Shown: positions 1 through 10,274, counted from the stretch's first letter. The stretch: DNA of 64,000 bases from an uncultured Poribacteria bacterium (GCA_958296135.2 CATQHZ020000001.1:3872001-3936000); one strand, 5' to 3'. Program-made: numbers and translations. Notes: generated by a model from the letters alone, not told the origin.

Positions 1-96
1 GAACGGAAGCGGCCTGTTTTTTCTCATTTTAATTTCACAAATGCCTTCCTATCGGATACCATTAACAGTAAAACTTCGCATGCGATGAGGTGTAAC

Positions 97-1365
97 ATGA
101 AATTCACCGATGCAGTTGCCTCGGGCATTCTTCATCTTCAGCAAAACCGTTTTCGCGCGGGCTTGTCTATTCTCGGCATTTTCATCGGCATCGCGGGGGT
201 GCTTTGCATGATAGCCATCGGCGATGGCGCGAAAAAAATCATCGTCAAAGATATCGAAAAACTTGGAGGGGCGAATCAGTTCACACTCTGGACGCGCACC
301 TCCACTTTCAAACGCGGACGGCTCCGCCGCACCACGGAACGATACACCTTTGAGGACGCTGAGGCACTTGAGGCAGAATGCCCCGATGTCCTCTATGTCT
401 TGCCCTATCATGAATCGTTCGACAACCCTGTTAGCACCCGAACTGGAAATCAAGCCGTGGCATATTTACAAGGGACTACTGAAAACTATGCACTCGGCAT
501 GAACTGGGAACTACAAGTTGGCAGATTTCTCACCGAAAATGATGTAGAGACAGCCACCCAGGTCTGCGTCTTGGGTTCCGGCATCGCGAGGGAGTTGTTT
601 GGATACGCGTCTCCGTTAGGGCAAGAAGTAAAGATCCGGTATTATTATCATCACCGGCAAAAGCCCGTCCGGATGCGCGTTGTCGGTGTGATGAAACCGA
701 AAGGCCGTAGCCTCACCTGGGAGTATTCCTTGGATGATGCCGTCTGTATCCCATTGACAACCTGTCAACAACGGCTAACAGGCACGCGTTACGTTGAAAA
801 CTTGATTGTCTTTTTTCAAAAGGGCACCGATTTTAACAGTGTCATCGATTCTGCTAAGGATGCCCTGCGTAAAAGACACCGGGGGCAAGATGACTTTATC
901 GGGTACTACGTGCCGCAACTGACGTACCATCGGCTGGCGCACATCCAAAAGGTGATAAAGATCGCCCTGGGCAGCATTGCCGGCTTCTCGCTGTTTGTCG
1001 GGGGCATCGGTATCATGAATATCTGTCTCGTCTCTGTTGGTGAGAAGACGCGGGAGATAGGGCTGCGAAAATCGGTGGGCGCAAAACGGAAGGACATTTT
1101 CTGGCAATTCTTAACCGAATCGGTTTGCCTCTGCGTTTGTGGCGCGCTCCTTGGCGTTGGGGGTGGATGGCTCGCGGCACATGGCATGGCCTATCTCGCT
1201 GTCCGGATCGCGCCGGTAGTACCGGTGTGGCCGGTGGTTTTGTCAGGACCCTGGATCGTCATTGCAATAGGTTTTTCATTCTTACTAGGAATTGGTTTTG
1301 GTCTGTATCCGGCAGTTCGGGCTGCACGGATGTCGCCGATAGATGCCCTCCGGACAGATACCTAA
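97..1365 (+). CDS. ABC transporter permease, MacB/FtsX family
   Basis: N-terminal 'NRFRAGLSILGIFIGIAGV' TM, periplasmic domain, C-terminal 'VGGIGIMNICLVSVGEKTREIGLRKSVGA' and 'PAVRAARMSPIDALR' motifs. ATG at 97 preferred over 85. Confidence 0.92.
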   Translation: MKFTDAVASGILHLQQNRFRAGLSILGIFIGIAGVLCMIAIGDGAKKIIVKDIEKLGGANQFTLWTRTSTFKRGRLRRTTERYTFEDAEALEAECPDVLYVLPYHESFDNPVSTRTGNQAVAYLQGTTENYALGMNWELQVGRFLTENDVETATQVCVLGSGIARELFGYASPLGQEVKIRYYYHHRQKPVRMRVVGVMKPKGRSLTWEYSLDDAVCIPLTTCQQRLTGTRYVENLIVFFQKGTDFNSVIDSAKDALRKRHRGQDDFIGYYVPQLTYHRLAHIQKVIKIALGSIAGFSLFVGGIGIMNICLVSVGEKTREIGLRKSVGAKRKDIFWQFLTESVCLCVCGALLGVGGGWLAAHGMAYLAVRIAPVVPVWPVVLSGPWIVIAIGFSFLLGIGFGLYPAVRAARMSPIDALRTDT

Positions 1366-1452
1366 TACCGAATTAAGTTGGTTTTTCGTCAACGAGACAG
1401 TTGAACCTCATTTGGTACTACGGCATTGAAACGGTTCAAACGAATTCGGTAT
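1365..1452. mobile_element. Putative MITE (88 bp, 10-bp terminal inverted repeats)
   Basis: ATACCGAATT (1365-1374) and its exact reverse complement AATTCGGTAT (1443-1452) bound a non-coding stretch. Confidence 0.4.
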
Positions 1453-1460
1453 ACGTGGAC

Positions 1461-1498
1461 AAAAAAAAGAAAAAGGCGAGGGCAATAGCCCTCGCCTT
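1461..1498 (-). terminator. Intrinsic terminator
   Basis: Stem AAGGCGAGGGC/GCCCTCGCCTT with a 4-nt loop, followed on the minus strand by a U-rich run, just past the stop at 1523. Confidence 0.8.
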
Positions 1499-1522
1499 AT
1501 GCATTGTGGCAATCCAACGTGA

Positions 1523-2257
1523 CTACCAAGTGCGCGTGAAACTTAACCTGCCCGTAAGCCCAGTGTCATCTTCGCCCTTTTCCAAGTCATAGCCGACGAG
1601 GACACCGAGGGTGTTATTTTCACCGTAAGCGATGTTGATGCGCCCCCCGATAATCGTACTGAAAGGGGTAACGCCATCAACAAGCCCGAGAACCGTTTCA
1701 AACTGCGGGCCCAGGTCAACGGTATCGTTAATCTTGTAGGTAAGCCGATTCCGAGTATAAACCGTGTTCGTCGCGTCGTCTGAGAAAGACGGGAGAAAGA
1801 ACGTCCCGATCGTCCACGATTGAAAATAAAACTTACCTGCAGGTAAGAAGACAAACATCTGCGGAAAGAGTGTCGCGGGGCCGTTCGCGCCAGCATAGTC
1901 AAACCCAACACCGAGCGTCGGCAAAAGGGTAAGACTCATGCTGTCGCCTTTCACAACCGGGAGGACAACGCCGAAGTCATACTCGCCTCTCGTGCCGCCA
2001 ATATAAATAGTAGAAGCCAGCGGGATACCGCCGACGACATGCGTAGCACCGATGAGGAAGTTCGTCCCTAGCGAATCGGTATCCACGCGGAACCAGCCGG
2101 GAATGCTGGCCTTTTCTTCCGCCGCTGCACCCTCTTCATGCTCAGCGTGGCTCTCTTCAGCCTCATGGCTGTCCGCAAAAGCCGTCGAAAATCCAGCAAC
2201 GGACACAACACAAATGATCACCAAAAGATAGGTTAACCAATGCGCGTTGATTTTCAT
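1523..2257 (-). CDS. Secreted protein, probable outer-membrane beta-barrel
   Basis: Start MKINAHW at 2257 behind AAGGAG. Signal peptide, His/Glu-rich linker, amphipathic beta strands, C-terminal aromatic beta-signal (LSFTRTW). Confidence 0.7.
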   Translation of the reverse strand: MKINAHWLTYLLVIICVVSVAGFSTAFADSHEAEESHAEHEEGAAAEEKASIPGWFRVDTDSLGTNFLIGATHVVGGIPLASTIYIGGTRGEYDFGVVLPVVKGDSMSLTLLPTLGVGFDYAGANGPATLFPQMFVFLPAGKFYFQSWTIGTFFLPSFSDDATNTVYTRNRLTYKINDTVDLGPQFETVLGLVDGVTPFSTIIGGRINIAYGENNTLGVLVGYDLEKGEDDTGLTGRLSFTRTW

Positions 2258-2424
2258 ACAAATCTCCTTATTTTTACCAAGGTTTACGCAAAAATTCACA
2301 GGCACCGGGCAACGCGGCCTCAAACCGCGCCTCTGCCGGGGTGTTACGCGTAAGTCCTATTAACATGTTACGCAAGTTAAAAACGATTTTTCTCGGTTAA
2401 TGATAACAAGAATCGCGCGAAAAT

Positions 2425-3114
2425 TCAAGAGGCTTTTTGAACCTCGGCCATCAGCCGTTCCAATTTCCGCTTATCTTTGATACCTTTCGATGCCTCTACA
2501 CCTGAGCAGAGGTCGATGCCGTGCGGCCGGAGCGTCTCAATCGCCGCTTTGACGTTCTCCGGACGAATGCCGCCAGCGAAGAAAACAGGCAGCGGGCTCT
2601 CCGCAATGAGCTCGCCTGCAACGTGCCAGTCACAGGTTTTGCCAGTGCCACCGTATCGCGGTTTCTCACCGCGCATCTCAACGGTGTCAAAGAGGAGAAA
2701 ATCGGCACCCGCATCGCAATAGGCAGCCATCTCCGCGCGAACGGCGCGAACATCTACGTTCTCTCGGCTTCCCGCGGGGAGATAGACAGATTTCCAGAGC
2801 TGGCACTGAACCCTCCGTCTCAGCGTTTCAACTTGTTGTGGCGGTTCCCGCGCGAGGAGTTGCACTGCAAACGGGTTAATCCGCGATACCGCATCGCAGA
2901 TGTCCGCAGTGGTGCGATTGAAGAGCAAAAGCACCGTCGGAATCGGACTGCCTTTGGCGATTTCCACCGCCTTGGCAGTAGAGAGAGAGCGTTCTGATGC
3001 AGCAACGTCAACGAGCACACCGGCGTAATCCGCACCAGCATCGGCGGCGAGTCGTGCGTCATGAACGGAGGTGATACCGCAGATTTTGACGCTGCAACGT
3101 GTATTTTTGGACAT
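2425..3114 (-). CDS. trpF: Phosphoribosylanthranilate isomerase
   Basis: 'VKICGIT', 'GGTGKTCDW', 'FAGGIRPENV' and 'GIDLCSGVE' motifs. Confidence 0.92.
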   Translation of the reverse strand: MSKNTRCSVKICGITSVHDARLAADAGADYAGVLVDVAASERSLSTAKAVEIAKGSPIPTVLLLFNRTTADICDAVSRINPFAVQLLAREPPQQVETLRRRVQCQLWKSVYLPAGSRENVDVRAVRAEMAAYCDAGADFLLFDTVEMRGEKPRYGGTGKTCDWHVAGELIAESPLPVFFAGGIRPENVKAAIETLRPHGIDLCSGVEASKGIKDKRKLERLMAEVQKAS

Positions 3115-3154
3115 ATCGTAAAATCCTAATCCTATTGGAACCGGAAGGACCCGC

Positions 3155-3514
3155 CTACTCGCAGAAGATTGTCTGCCGGTCGGCATCCGAATAGCAGATA
3201 ATCATCGTGACAGGCTGCCAGCCGGTGTTGACAGCGTTGTGTTTGACGTTCCGCGGAATACGCAACATCATCCCCGGTTTGAGCGGGATAACTTCATCGC
3301 CCAACTTGTGGGCGCACTCCCCAGAGAGGACATAGATGAGCTCCTCACAGTTCGGGTGGTAGTGCGTCGGATTACATTCACATGCGTTAATGTAAACAAT
3401 ACCGAAGGTCATCTCTGCGGCCGGATCGATCTGGTTATTGCAGAGCCACTTGATAGCACCCCACGGAAATTCAAGGGCCCCGGCTTCGTTACTATTCGTT
3501 AAAGTTATTTCCAT
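3155..3514 (-). CDS. Cupin domain protein
   Basis: 'HYHPNCEELIYVLSG' and 'IPRNVKH' cupin metal motifs. Confidence 0.9.
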   Translation of the reverse strand: MEITLTNSNEAGALEFPWGAIKWLCNNQIDPAAEMTFGIVYINACECNPTHYHPNCEELIYVLSGECAHKLGDEVIPLKPGMMLRIPRNVKHNAVNTGWQPVTMIICYSDADRQTIFCE

Positions 3515-3544
3515 ATTCGACTCCTTTGGTAGACAGTAGCAAAA

Positions 3545-4429
3545 TCAGATTGAGAAACAGGTTAATCGACTCTCGGCATACGCTTGCAAGCCGCATGGCG
3601 GTTCTTCATGCAGATAACCGACAGGCGCGCAGAGAGCCCTGACACTGCCAATATCCATGTCAATCTGCCGGTGCGTATGCCCAAAGAGGACATGCGTGAC
3701 AAGCGGCTCCTGCAAGCAGATCGCGCCGAACCGCACGCTCCCCATGAAGGCGCGGAAAAAGTCCCACGGTAATTCCCCGTGGTATCGGATGCACTCCCGA
3801 AACGGAACGTGATGCGTGACGACAATGATACGCGACACCTCTTCACGGAGAACAGTGAACTGTTTGCAGAGTTTCGCAACCAATCGGCGCGTCACGGCAA
3901 GATCGGTGTCTCCCCACTTCGCGTATCGCTTATCATTCCAGACGACACCCATCAGTTGTTTTTGGGCATACTGCGCATCGGAAAACTCATAACCTTCCGG
4001 CGCAAAGGAATAATCATACCAACCGATGGTGCCACAGAAACCGACTTTGGCATCGGAAGGACAGATGTCTCTAGCCACCCGTTGTTTGACAAACGGTGCC
4101 TCCATGAGCGGATGAAACCCGCACTCATAACAGAGTGCTGAGATAATCTGGCATTTCTGTTCACTCGTGACATTCGGCGTCTCAATAGCCCAGATGTCAT
4201 GATTGCCGGGAACGAACACCTTGTCACACGCCAACTCTGCCTCGTGAAAGGCGTTGAGGGTTTCTGAGAGGGCCGTTAAATGGCGCGCCAGGTCGCCGGC
4301 AAGGACGAACACGTCAAGTTCAGCAGCTTTCACTGCGCAAATCAGATGCGGCACGAGCGCCTTATTCTGCGGCGTAACATCCGTGTGCAAATCTGAAATG
4401 AGTCCAATTTTCATGCCGCCTCTCAACAC
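3545..4429 (-). CDS. Metallophosphoesterase (calcineurin-like)
   Basis: SDLH, GD, GNHD, HH and GHTH motifs. Confidence 0.9.
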   Translation of the reverse strand: MLRGGMKIGLISDLHTDVTPQNKALVPHLICAVKAAELDVFVLAGDLARHLTALSETLNAFHEAELACDKVFVPGNHDIWAIETPNVTSEQKCQIISALCYECGFHPLMEAPFVKQRVARDICPSDAKVGFCGTIGWYDYSFAPEGYEFSDAQYAQKQLMGVVWNDKRYAKWGDTDLAVTRRLVAKLCKQFTVLREEVSRIIVVTHHVPFRECIRYHGELPWDFFRAFMGSVRFGAICLQEPLVTHVLFGHTHRQIDMDIGSVRALCAPVGYLHEEPPCGLQAYAESRLTCFSI

Positions 4430-4504
4430 CGAGTTCTTTTCTCTAATCTACATAAGCACCCGATAGAGCCAAGTGGCGCCTGAACCAAAGAGGTTCACCG
4501 GGTA

Positions 4505-5944
4505 TTACCTCGGCTCAGACGCTAAATTCTTGAAGACCTCGGCCAAAAAGATGCGAATGCCGGTGTCGTCTTCTTGGAACCGGGTGCGCTGGCGTTCTAG
4601 TGCCTCAAGTGCCGGTGCATCGCCGATTTTTGCGAGGGCATCGACGAGTGTGAGCTGGATTGCCGGTTCCTCGGCGGATTCTAGCGCGTTAATGAGCAGA
4701 TTCCGCGCCTTGGTACCGCCGATACCGCCGAGCGCGGAAACAGCGATATCCTTCGTGCTTGTATCCGCACCTTCAAAAGCAGCGATGAGTGCGTCAACGG
4801 CCGGGTCGCCAATCTGACTGAGGGCCAACCCCGCTTGAAAACGGATACCGGGAAGCTCCCCCGGATTTTTGAGCACCACGACAAGCGCGTCAATTGCCGA
4901 TGCCGGTCTCAGAATGCCTAGCATTGAGAGGCAGGCACGCCGAATTTCCTGTTCCGGTTCCACCGCACGTTGGATATACCGCTGCGCAAGTGTCACTAAC
5001 TGCCCCTCGTTGATTTTCTGATGCAGTGCCGCGGCACGGTGACGGAATTGTGTACCGAAGGGAGCCTTCAACGTCGCCGTATTTTCGGCAAGATCGACGG
5101 TGAGCAATCCCAGAATCGCGGCAGATTCTAACTGCTGTGCCTGCAGACTATCAGCCGGAAGCTCATCTACGTTCGCGGCCTGGAATTGCTGGAAGAGCTC
5201 ATTGAGCGCGCTCAATTCTACGAGCCGTTCTAAACTGCTCACCGCCGCTTTGCGAAGTGAAAGCTCGGAACTGTTTGTGAAGATATCCATGAGCGGCTCA
5301 ACGGCGCGCGTATCGCCGAGCTCACCAAGCGCGGTGACAGAAGCGATTTTTACACCGATGAGCTCCGAAGTTCGGAAAGTCACCTGCTGTTTTGAAAATT
5401 CGCCGAGCGTCTTCTTGTAGTCGCCAAGGCTGTGGATTTTCCGCTCATCGACGACTTTTTCGACAATATCGCCCACCTCAATATCCAAGTTTGCAGCGGG
5501 AGTACCGGGTTGGATTTCCTTGACGCGGACGGTGCTGCCACCCTCAACCTTCAACCCAATCTTATCGCCAAGCCGACGAATAGCGATGCGAAACGGCGGT
5601 TTGTCTTTGATATAAAGAACTAGGTTATTATCCTCATCAATCGCCTTTTTCATCGCGCTGTTGAAATCCCCAGCGTTTTGGATCGGATATTCCGCAATGA
5701 TATAGGAGATGAGCTCGCCTACCTCCACATCCGCTTTGTCCGCTGGGCCGTTTGGTGTCATGGCCAAGACGACAACACCACTAGTAGACCAGCGGTTCTC
5801 GAGGTCGCTGTCAAGTTGCTGCACCTCCATCTGCATGCGTTCGTCGTAGTAACGGCTGTCACATCCGAGCCCGAAGACGAGCGCGAGAAAGAAGAGCGGC
5901 AAGATAAATGCGTTTGGATTTCGGTCCGCAAATGTTTTAAGCAT
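4505..5944 (-). CDS. Lipoprotein with PDZ domains and HEAT repeats
   Basis: Lipobox GLGC, two PDZ-like segments ('PNGPADKADVEVGE', 'PGTPAANLDIEVGDIV'), HEAT_2 repeats ('ALGELGDTRAVEPL'). Confidence 0.8.
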   Translation of the reverse strand: MLKTFADRNPNAFILPLFFLALVFGLGCDSRYYDERMQMEVQQLDSDLENRWSTSGVVVLAMTPNGPADKADVEVGELISYIIAEYPIQNAGDFNSAMKKAIDEDNNLVLYIKDKPPFRIAIRRLGDKIGLKVEGGSTVRVKEIQPGTPAANLDIEVGDIVEKVVDERKIHSLGDYKKTLGEFSKQQVTFRTSELIGVKIASVTALGELGDTRAVEPLMDIFTNSSELSLRKAAVSSLERLVELSALNELFQQFQAANVDELPADSLQAQQLESAAILGLLTVDLAENTATLKAPFGTQFRHRAAALHQKINEGQLVTLAQRYIQRAVEPEQEIRRACLSMLGILRPASAIDALVVVLKNPGELPGIRFQAGLALSQIGDPAVDALIAAFEGADTSTKDIAVSALGGIGGTKARNLLINALESAEEPAIQLTLVDALAKIGDAPALEALERQRTRFQEDDTGIRIFLAEVFKNLASEPR

Positions 5945-5995
5945 AGAAACTCCTTTCGGACGGTATCAAGACCGGGAGGGCCTGCCTACAAGTCG

Positions 5996-6907
5996 TTAAT
6001 TCGCGAACGGGATAACGACTTCCCGGCTGCTCTGTGCCTTCAGCGCGTCTAAGAGCGGCACCACCGCTTTCTCATCGCCGAGAGAGGACAAAGCGCGGAT
6101 GGCATCAACGCGTAACGACGAACCTTTGTTCTGCACAATTTTGACGAGTTCTGGCACGGCAGCCCCACCGATTTTGCCGAGGGCCTCCACAGCGAGCTGG
6201 CGAACCTCGGGCTTCTCCCGGTCCCGTTTCCATTTGGCAGAACCTGAGTCAATCAGCGCGGCGAGAGACGGAATCGCTTGTTCGCTGCCCACTTCGCCGA
6301 GTGCTTTGACCGCGTTCAGGCGCGTTTCCATTCTGCCGTGGTCCAGCAGTTTGACTAATATCGGAACGAGCGTCCCCGGGTCTTCCTTGCCGAGATGTCC
6401 TAGCACCCAGTGTGCATCGTGCCGGTCGCGATTGTCTTTAGACTTCATCGCTTTTTCGAGTTGGCTCAAGAGTCGGCTCCGGTCGCCTTTTCGGTATACC
6501 TGCTGTAGCGCAACAAGGGCGGCGTTCTGAACATCAGGTTCATCGTCGCGGAGCGTCTCAAAGATAAGCGTCTCAAGGTATTTACGCTGTTCGGTTTGAT
6601 AAGCGCGGAACATGTGATTGCCACGTTCAGCAATAGCGGCTTTCTCCCACTCCGGGGTCCCAGGTTCGTAAAACTCCTGTGAGTCGTAAAAGCCGAGCAG
6701 ATAGTGCGCTTCAGCGATATCCGGCTGTTGCTGGATGGCCAGTTTAAATTCGCGCACGGCGCGCTCCTCTTTTCGCCGTTTGTCGGACTTAATCAACTCC
6801 TTCCCTTTGGACAGGTTTTCGTTCTGAGTGCCGCACGCGACGATGAAAACGGCAAGCCCGAGGGCAAGGCAGAAGGAGCGTAGTGAACTTATCGCGCAAT
6901 TTCTCAT
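5996..6907 (-). CDS. HEAT-repeat lipoprotein
   Basis: Lipobox IVAC and repeated 'ALGEVGSEQAIPSL' / 'ALGKIGGAAVPEL' units. Confidence 0.82.
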   Translation of the reverse strand: MRNCAISSLRSFCLALGLAVFIVACGTQNENLSKGKELIKSDKRRKEERAVREFKLAIQQQPDIAEAHYLLGFYDSQEFYEPGTPEWEKAAIAERGNHMFRAYQTEQRKYLETLIFETLRDDEPDVQNAALVALQQVYRKGDRSRLLSQLEKAMKSKDNRDRHDAHWVLGHLGKEDPGTLVPILVKLLDHGRMETRLNAVKALGEVGSEQAIPSLAALIDSGSAKWKRDREKPEVRQLAVEALGKIGGAAVPELVKIVQNKGSSLRVDAIRALSSLGDEKAVVPLLDALKAQSSREVVIPFAN

Positions 6908-6985
6908 GATAGGTTCTCCATGACATTCGCCAATAAAGGCGGGCTGTAAGGGCGGATGTCCCTATCCACCCTTACACGTTCGCTT

Positions 6986-7507
6986 TTACTGGTCGAGGAG
7001 CTCCTGCTGCTCACCATCAGCGGGTGTATCAGCAGAACTCTCCGGGGCAGGTTCTTCCTCGGCACCGAGCTCCTTTTGGAGGATGACGACCGGTTTTTCA
7101 GAGAACCCCCAGTCCTTATACCGTTGGATAACGGGGCCATCTGTCGGCGCGATTTCGATCTCAAGCGTTTTAACGCCGTTCTCCGCCGCGGTCGCCTCGG
7201 CAGCCTTGATGAGGTAATCTGCCACACCGAGCAGCCGGAACGGACCGGACACGGTGAGGGCACCGACTTGCCCGAGCTCGGCGTTACCGGGGTGCTTTTC
7301 CACCTTGATTTGCCCGATGGCGTAACCGCTGGCTTCTGCGACGAGCCGGAAGGTTTGGCTCCCATCCGTGAGCTCTGCCCTGAGTTCCTCCGTTACCTGC
7401 TTTTTGGTTTTATCCGCGAAGCAATATGTGTGTAAATGTTCAGCATCGTTTTCTTCCGCTGCCCGCACTTGTAGCGTGCCAGTCAGGTCAAAGTTTTGAT
7501 TTGCCAT
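6986..7507 (-). CDS. GNAT family N-acetyltransferase
   Basis: 'LTVSGPFRLLGVADYLI' motif-A-like segment and 'YKDWGF'. RBS AGGAG. Confidence 0.75.
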   Translation of the reverse strand: MANQNFDLTGTLQVRAAEENDAEHLHTYCFADKTKKQVTEELRAELTDGSQTFRLVAEASGYAIGQIKVEKHPGNAELGQVGALTVSGPFRLLGVADYLIKAAEATAAENGVKTLEIEIAPTDGPVIQRYKDWGFSEKPVVILQKELGAEEEPAPESSADTPADGEQQELLDQ

Positions 7508-7692
7508 TGTGATTTCTCCTATTAGGCCTTACGCAACCGCGCCCCGCCGACAGGGCATGGCGCGTACGCGCAAGTCTTAAGCATATAAAATGCACGGCGA
7601 GGGACCGGTTTCCCTCAACTACCCACTATTTTAACATAATTTCGCCCTAAATTACAAGAGAAAAACGTGGGCTGTCAGAAACATTCAGTTTT

Positions 7693-7728
7693 CAAATGCA
7701 CTGTCAAATGCACTGTCAAATGCACTGT
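7693..7728. repeat. 12-bp tandem repeat (CAAATGCACTGT)x3
   Basis: Read directly in the intergenic sequence. Confidence 0.85.
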
Positions 7729-7838
7729 AAGGACAGCCTGCTATATCTGTCCGTGTGCGGGGAGTGTCGGGTGGGAGGCGGAGATAGAAATCCGCCCTGA
7801 CAATTAACCGACAACGAAATGCAGCTGCAGGCGGCGCG

Positions 7839-10274
7839 TTAATTCCCCTCCGAAGAATCGTCAATTTCAGCCGCCGTATCTGTCTCAGGCGCCATATCTG
7901 TCTCAGGCGCCGGCGCGTCTTCTTGCCCGATGCGCAACTGCCGTTCAGCATCGATAACATCCCGATTAATTTTTCCGATGCACCGATTCAGTTTCTCAAT
8001 AAGGACATTATGTCCCATCATCGCGCGGCGCATCTGCCGAAGCTGATCGATGACGAGTCTGAAGGTGCGGACAAAGTCGCCTGCGTCTAAGTCAGCGTAG
8101 CTTTCCAACTGATCAAACTCACAGCCGCGGCTCCACGCCAGCATCGCCGTGCAGAGGCGAAGTTCTAGCATCGGGGTAATCTCGGAGACCTTGTGCCGCA
8201 ATTCCAACCGCTGGAGGCGTGAGAGCTCACCGCTTACTGCGTCCAATGCGCCTAGCAACCGCGCATTCTTGAGCGGTTTATAGTATCCATCTTTACGCGG
8301 TTCAGAGACTATTGCCACCATGAGGCAGTTGATTTCGTCCTCGGTGAGCCGTTCAAAAAAGCCGCTGAACAGCAACTGCGTGAGTTGGAGTTCATACCCG
8401 TAGATGTGTGAGGCGGTGCTGCCGCGCGGGAGCACCGTTTGCCCCTCAATATAACCGAGGGCCTTCAGCACCTTGAGGCGCGCCGCTATCTGGAGGCGCG
8501 GGTAATTCTCGATGACATTCGTCTGCTGTTTGAGTTTCTGAATGCGCTGTTCCCCTCGGCGGATCTTTTTATAGCGCGCGGTGCATTGGCCCAACTGGTG
8601 GCATCCGTCGCACAAACTCTCCGTGCTCCCCCCTTGAACCTTCTTAATCTGCTTGTGAATTGGGGCCAGCCGCTTGATGCGTTGCTTCCGCTGCTTTTTC
8701 CCGCGCGTCTCCGCTTTGATTTTCGCCATGTCTACTTGGAACCGCTGGAGCGCCTTGGCGATATTCCGCTTGACGCGATAATGCATCTCGAGCTGCTCAA
8801 CGCCATCAACGCCATCGTGGATACATGCCGGGCGCGGCAGAGCCTTGCATTTGCCATCAAGCGTCTCAATCTGCGTGTTGAGCTCAGCAATGCGGGTGTA
8901 GTTTTGATGGTTGCTCAGACTCATCGTGTAGACATCGTAAATGTCGTCGCCATATTTCTCATAAAGATTGAGAATACTGGAATAAGAGAGGTTAAACTGA
9001 CTCTCTATCGGTTCAATCTTGTTGGCGATGACTTTGCGGATTTCGTCCGCATCGGCGTAGAACGGCTGAATTTGCGCATAGACGTAGCCGATAGTGTCAA
9101 TGCCGCGTCTTCCCGCACGCCCCGCCATCTGATGATACTCGCGGGACTTGAGATACCGGAACCCGATGCCATCAAATTTTTCAAGGCTATCAAAAACGAC
9201 GGTGCATGCTGGCATGTTGATGCCGACAGCGAACGTCTCTGTCGTGAAGAGGAGCCGAATTAAGCCCGAGGTGAAGAGGCGTTCGACTACCTCCTTGAGC
9301 GTAGGCAGCATCCCAGCATGGTGATAAGCGATGCCTCGGCTCACCAACCGGCGGAACTCGGCGATGTCCTTCTCCTCAACGATGTCAAATTGGATGCAGA
9401 GCGCGTCAAATCTCGCTAAAATCTCGGTTTTCTGCCACGGCTTCAGCAACGTCGGGTGCCTACCGTCCGCGTAATGGGAGGCGTTGGCTTCACAGCCCTT
9501 GCGGCTAAAACAGAAATAGAGGCACGGCAGCCGATTTTCGCGGTGGAGGTAAGGGAGCAGCTGCGTCTCTACCATATCGGAAGGAAGCACACGTTTTCCG
9601 GTATCCTTCTTGTCGCGCCACTCTTTTGCACGCCGCGCCTGCACCGCTTTCTGCTGGATGCCGGCGATATGTTTTAGCGTGCCGATGCCGTAATCGGTGA
9701 AATAGACGTAATGCTCTAGCGGGACGGGACGTTTCAGTTCCTCCACTACCTCAATCTCAATCTCCCGCACACTTTGCATCCACTCGGCGAAGTGCGCGAT
9801 ATTCGGAATCGTGGCACTCAGGCAGACAAATTTGATATGTTGCGGCCCGAAAATGAGGCTCTCCTCCCAAACAGTGCCGCGCGCGATGTCGTTAATATAG
9901 TGGATCTCGTCAAAAATAACGTAGGAGACATCGTCAAGCCGCTCAATGTTATCGAAAATCGTATTACGGAAGATCTCGGTAGTCATCAGCAGCACTTGTG
10001 CGTAAGGATTCAGCACCACATCGCCCGTAACGATGCCGATTTTCTCACCATACTCGGCATAAAAATCGCGGTACTTCTGATTGCTGAGTGCCTTAATCGG
10101 TGCGGTGTAGATAACCCGACGGTTCTCTTGGATACACTTTTCGACAGCATATTCGGCGATTACCGTCTTCCCGGCGCCCGTTGGCGCGGTGACAATCACC
10201 GAGTTATCCCGATTAATCGCCGCAATCGCATCCTCCTGAAACCGATCCAGTTGCAACCCTTTGTATTCCATCAA
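7839..10274 (-). CDS. Ski2/HelY-like DEAD/DEAH-box RNA helicase
   Basis: APTGAGKT, 'PIKALSNQK', DEIH, SAT, 'TETFAVGINMPA', QMAGRAGRRG and a DSHCT-like C-terminus. Confidence 0.93.
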   Translation of the reverse strand: MMEYKGLQLDRFQEDAIAAINRDNSVIVTAPTGAGKTVIAEYAVEKCIQENRRVIYTAPIKALSNQKYRDFYAEYGEKIGIVTGDVVLNPYAQVLLMTTEIFRNTIFDNIERLDDVSYVIFDEIHYINDIARGTVWEESLIFGPQHIKFVCLSATIPNIAHFAEWMQSVREIEIEVVEELKRPVPLEHYVYFTDYGIGTLKHIAGIQQKAVQARRAKEWRDKKDTGKRVLPSDMVETQLLPYLHRENRLPCLYFCFSRKGCEANASHYADGRHPTLLKPWQKTEILARFDALCIQFDIVEEKDIAEFRRLVSRGIAYHHAGMLPTLKEVVERLFTSGLIRLLFTTETFAVGINMPACTVVFDSLEKFDGIGFRYLKSREYHQMAGRAGRRGIDTIGYVYAQIQPFYADADEIRKVIANKIEPIESQFNLSYSSILNLYEKYGDDIYDVYTMSLSNHQNYTRIAELNTQIETLDGKCKALPRPACIHDGVDGVEQLEMHYRVKRNIAKALQRFQVDMAKIKAETRGKKQRKQRIKRLAPIHKQIKKVQGGSTESLCDGCHQLGQCTARYKKIRRGEQRIQKLKQQTNVIENYPRLQIAARLKVLKALGYIEGQTVLPRGSTASHIYGYELQLTQLLFSGFFERLTEDEINCLMVAIVSEPRKDGYYKPLKNARLLGALDAVSGELSRLQRLELRHKVSEITPMLELRLCTAMLAWSRGCEFDQLESYADLDAGDFVRTFRLVIDQLRQMRRAMMGHNVLIEKLNRCIGKINRDVIDAERQLRIGQEDAPAPETDMAPETDTAAEIDDSSEGN

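Noticed and set aside
7868-7912. 18-bp duplication at the helicase 3' end (APETDM/APETDT)
   Set aside because: A trivial repeat in a low-complexity acidic tail.
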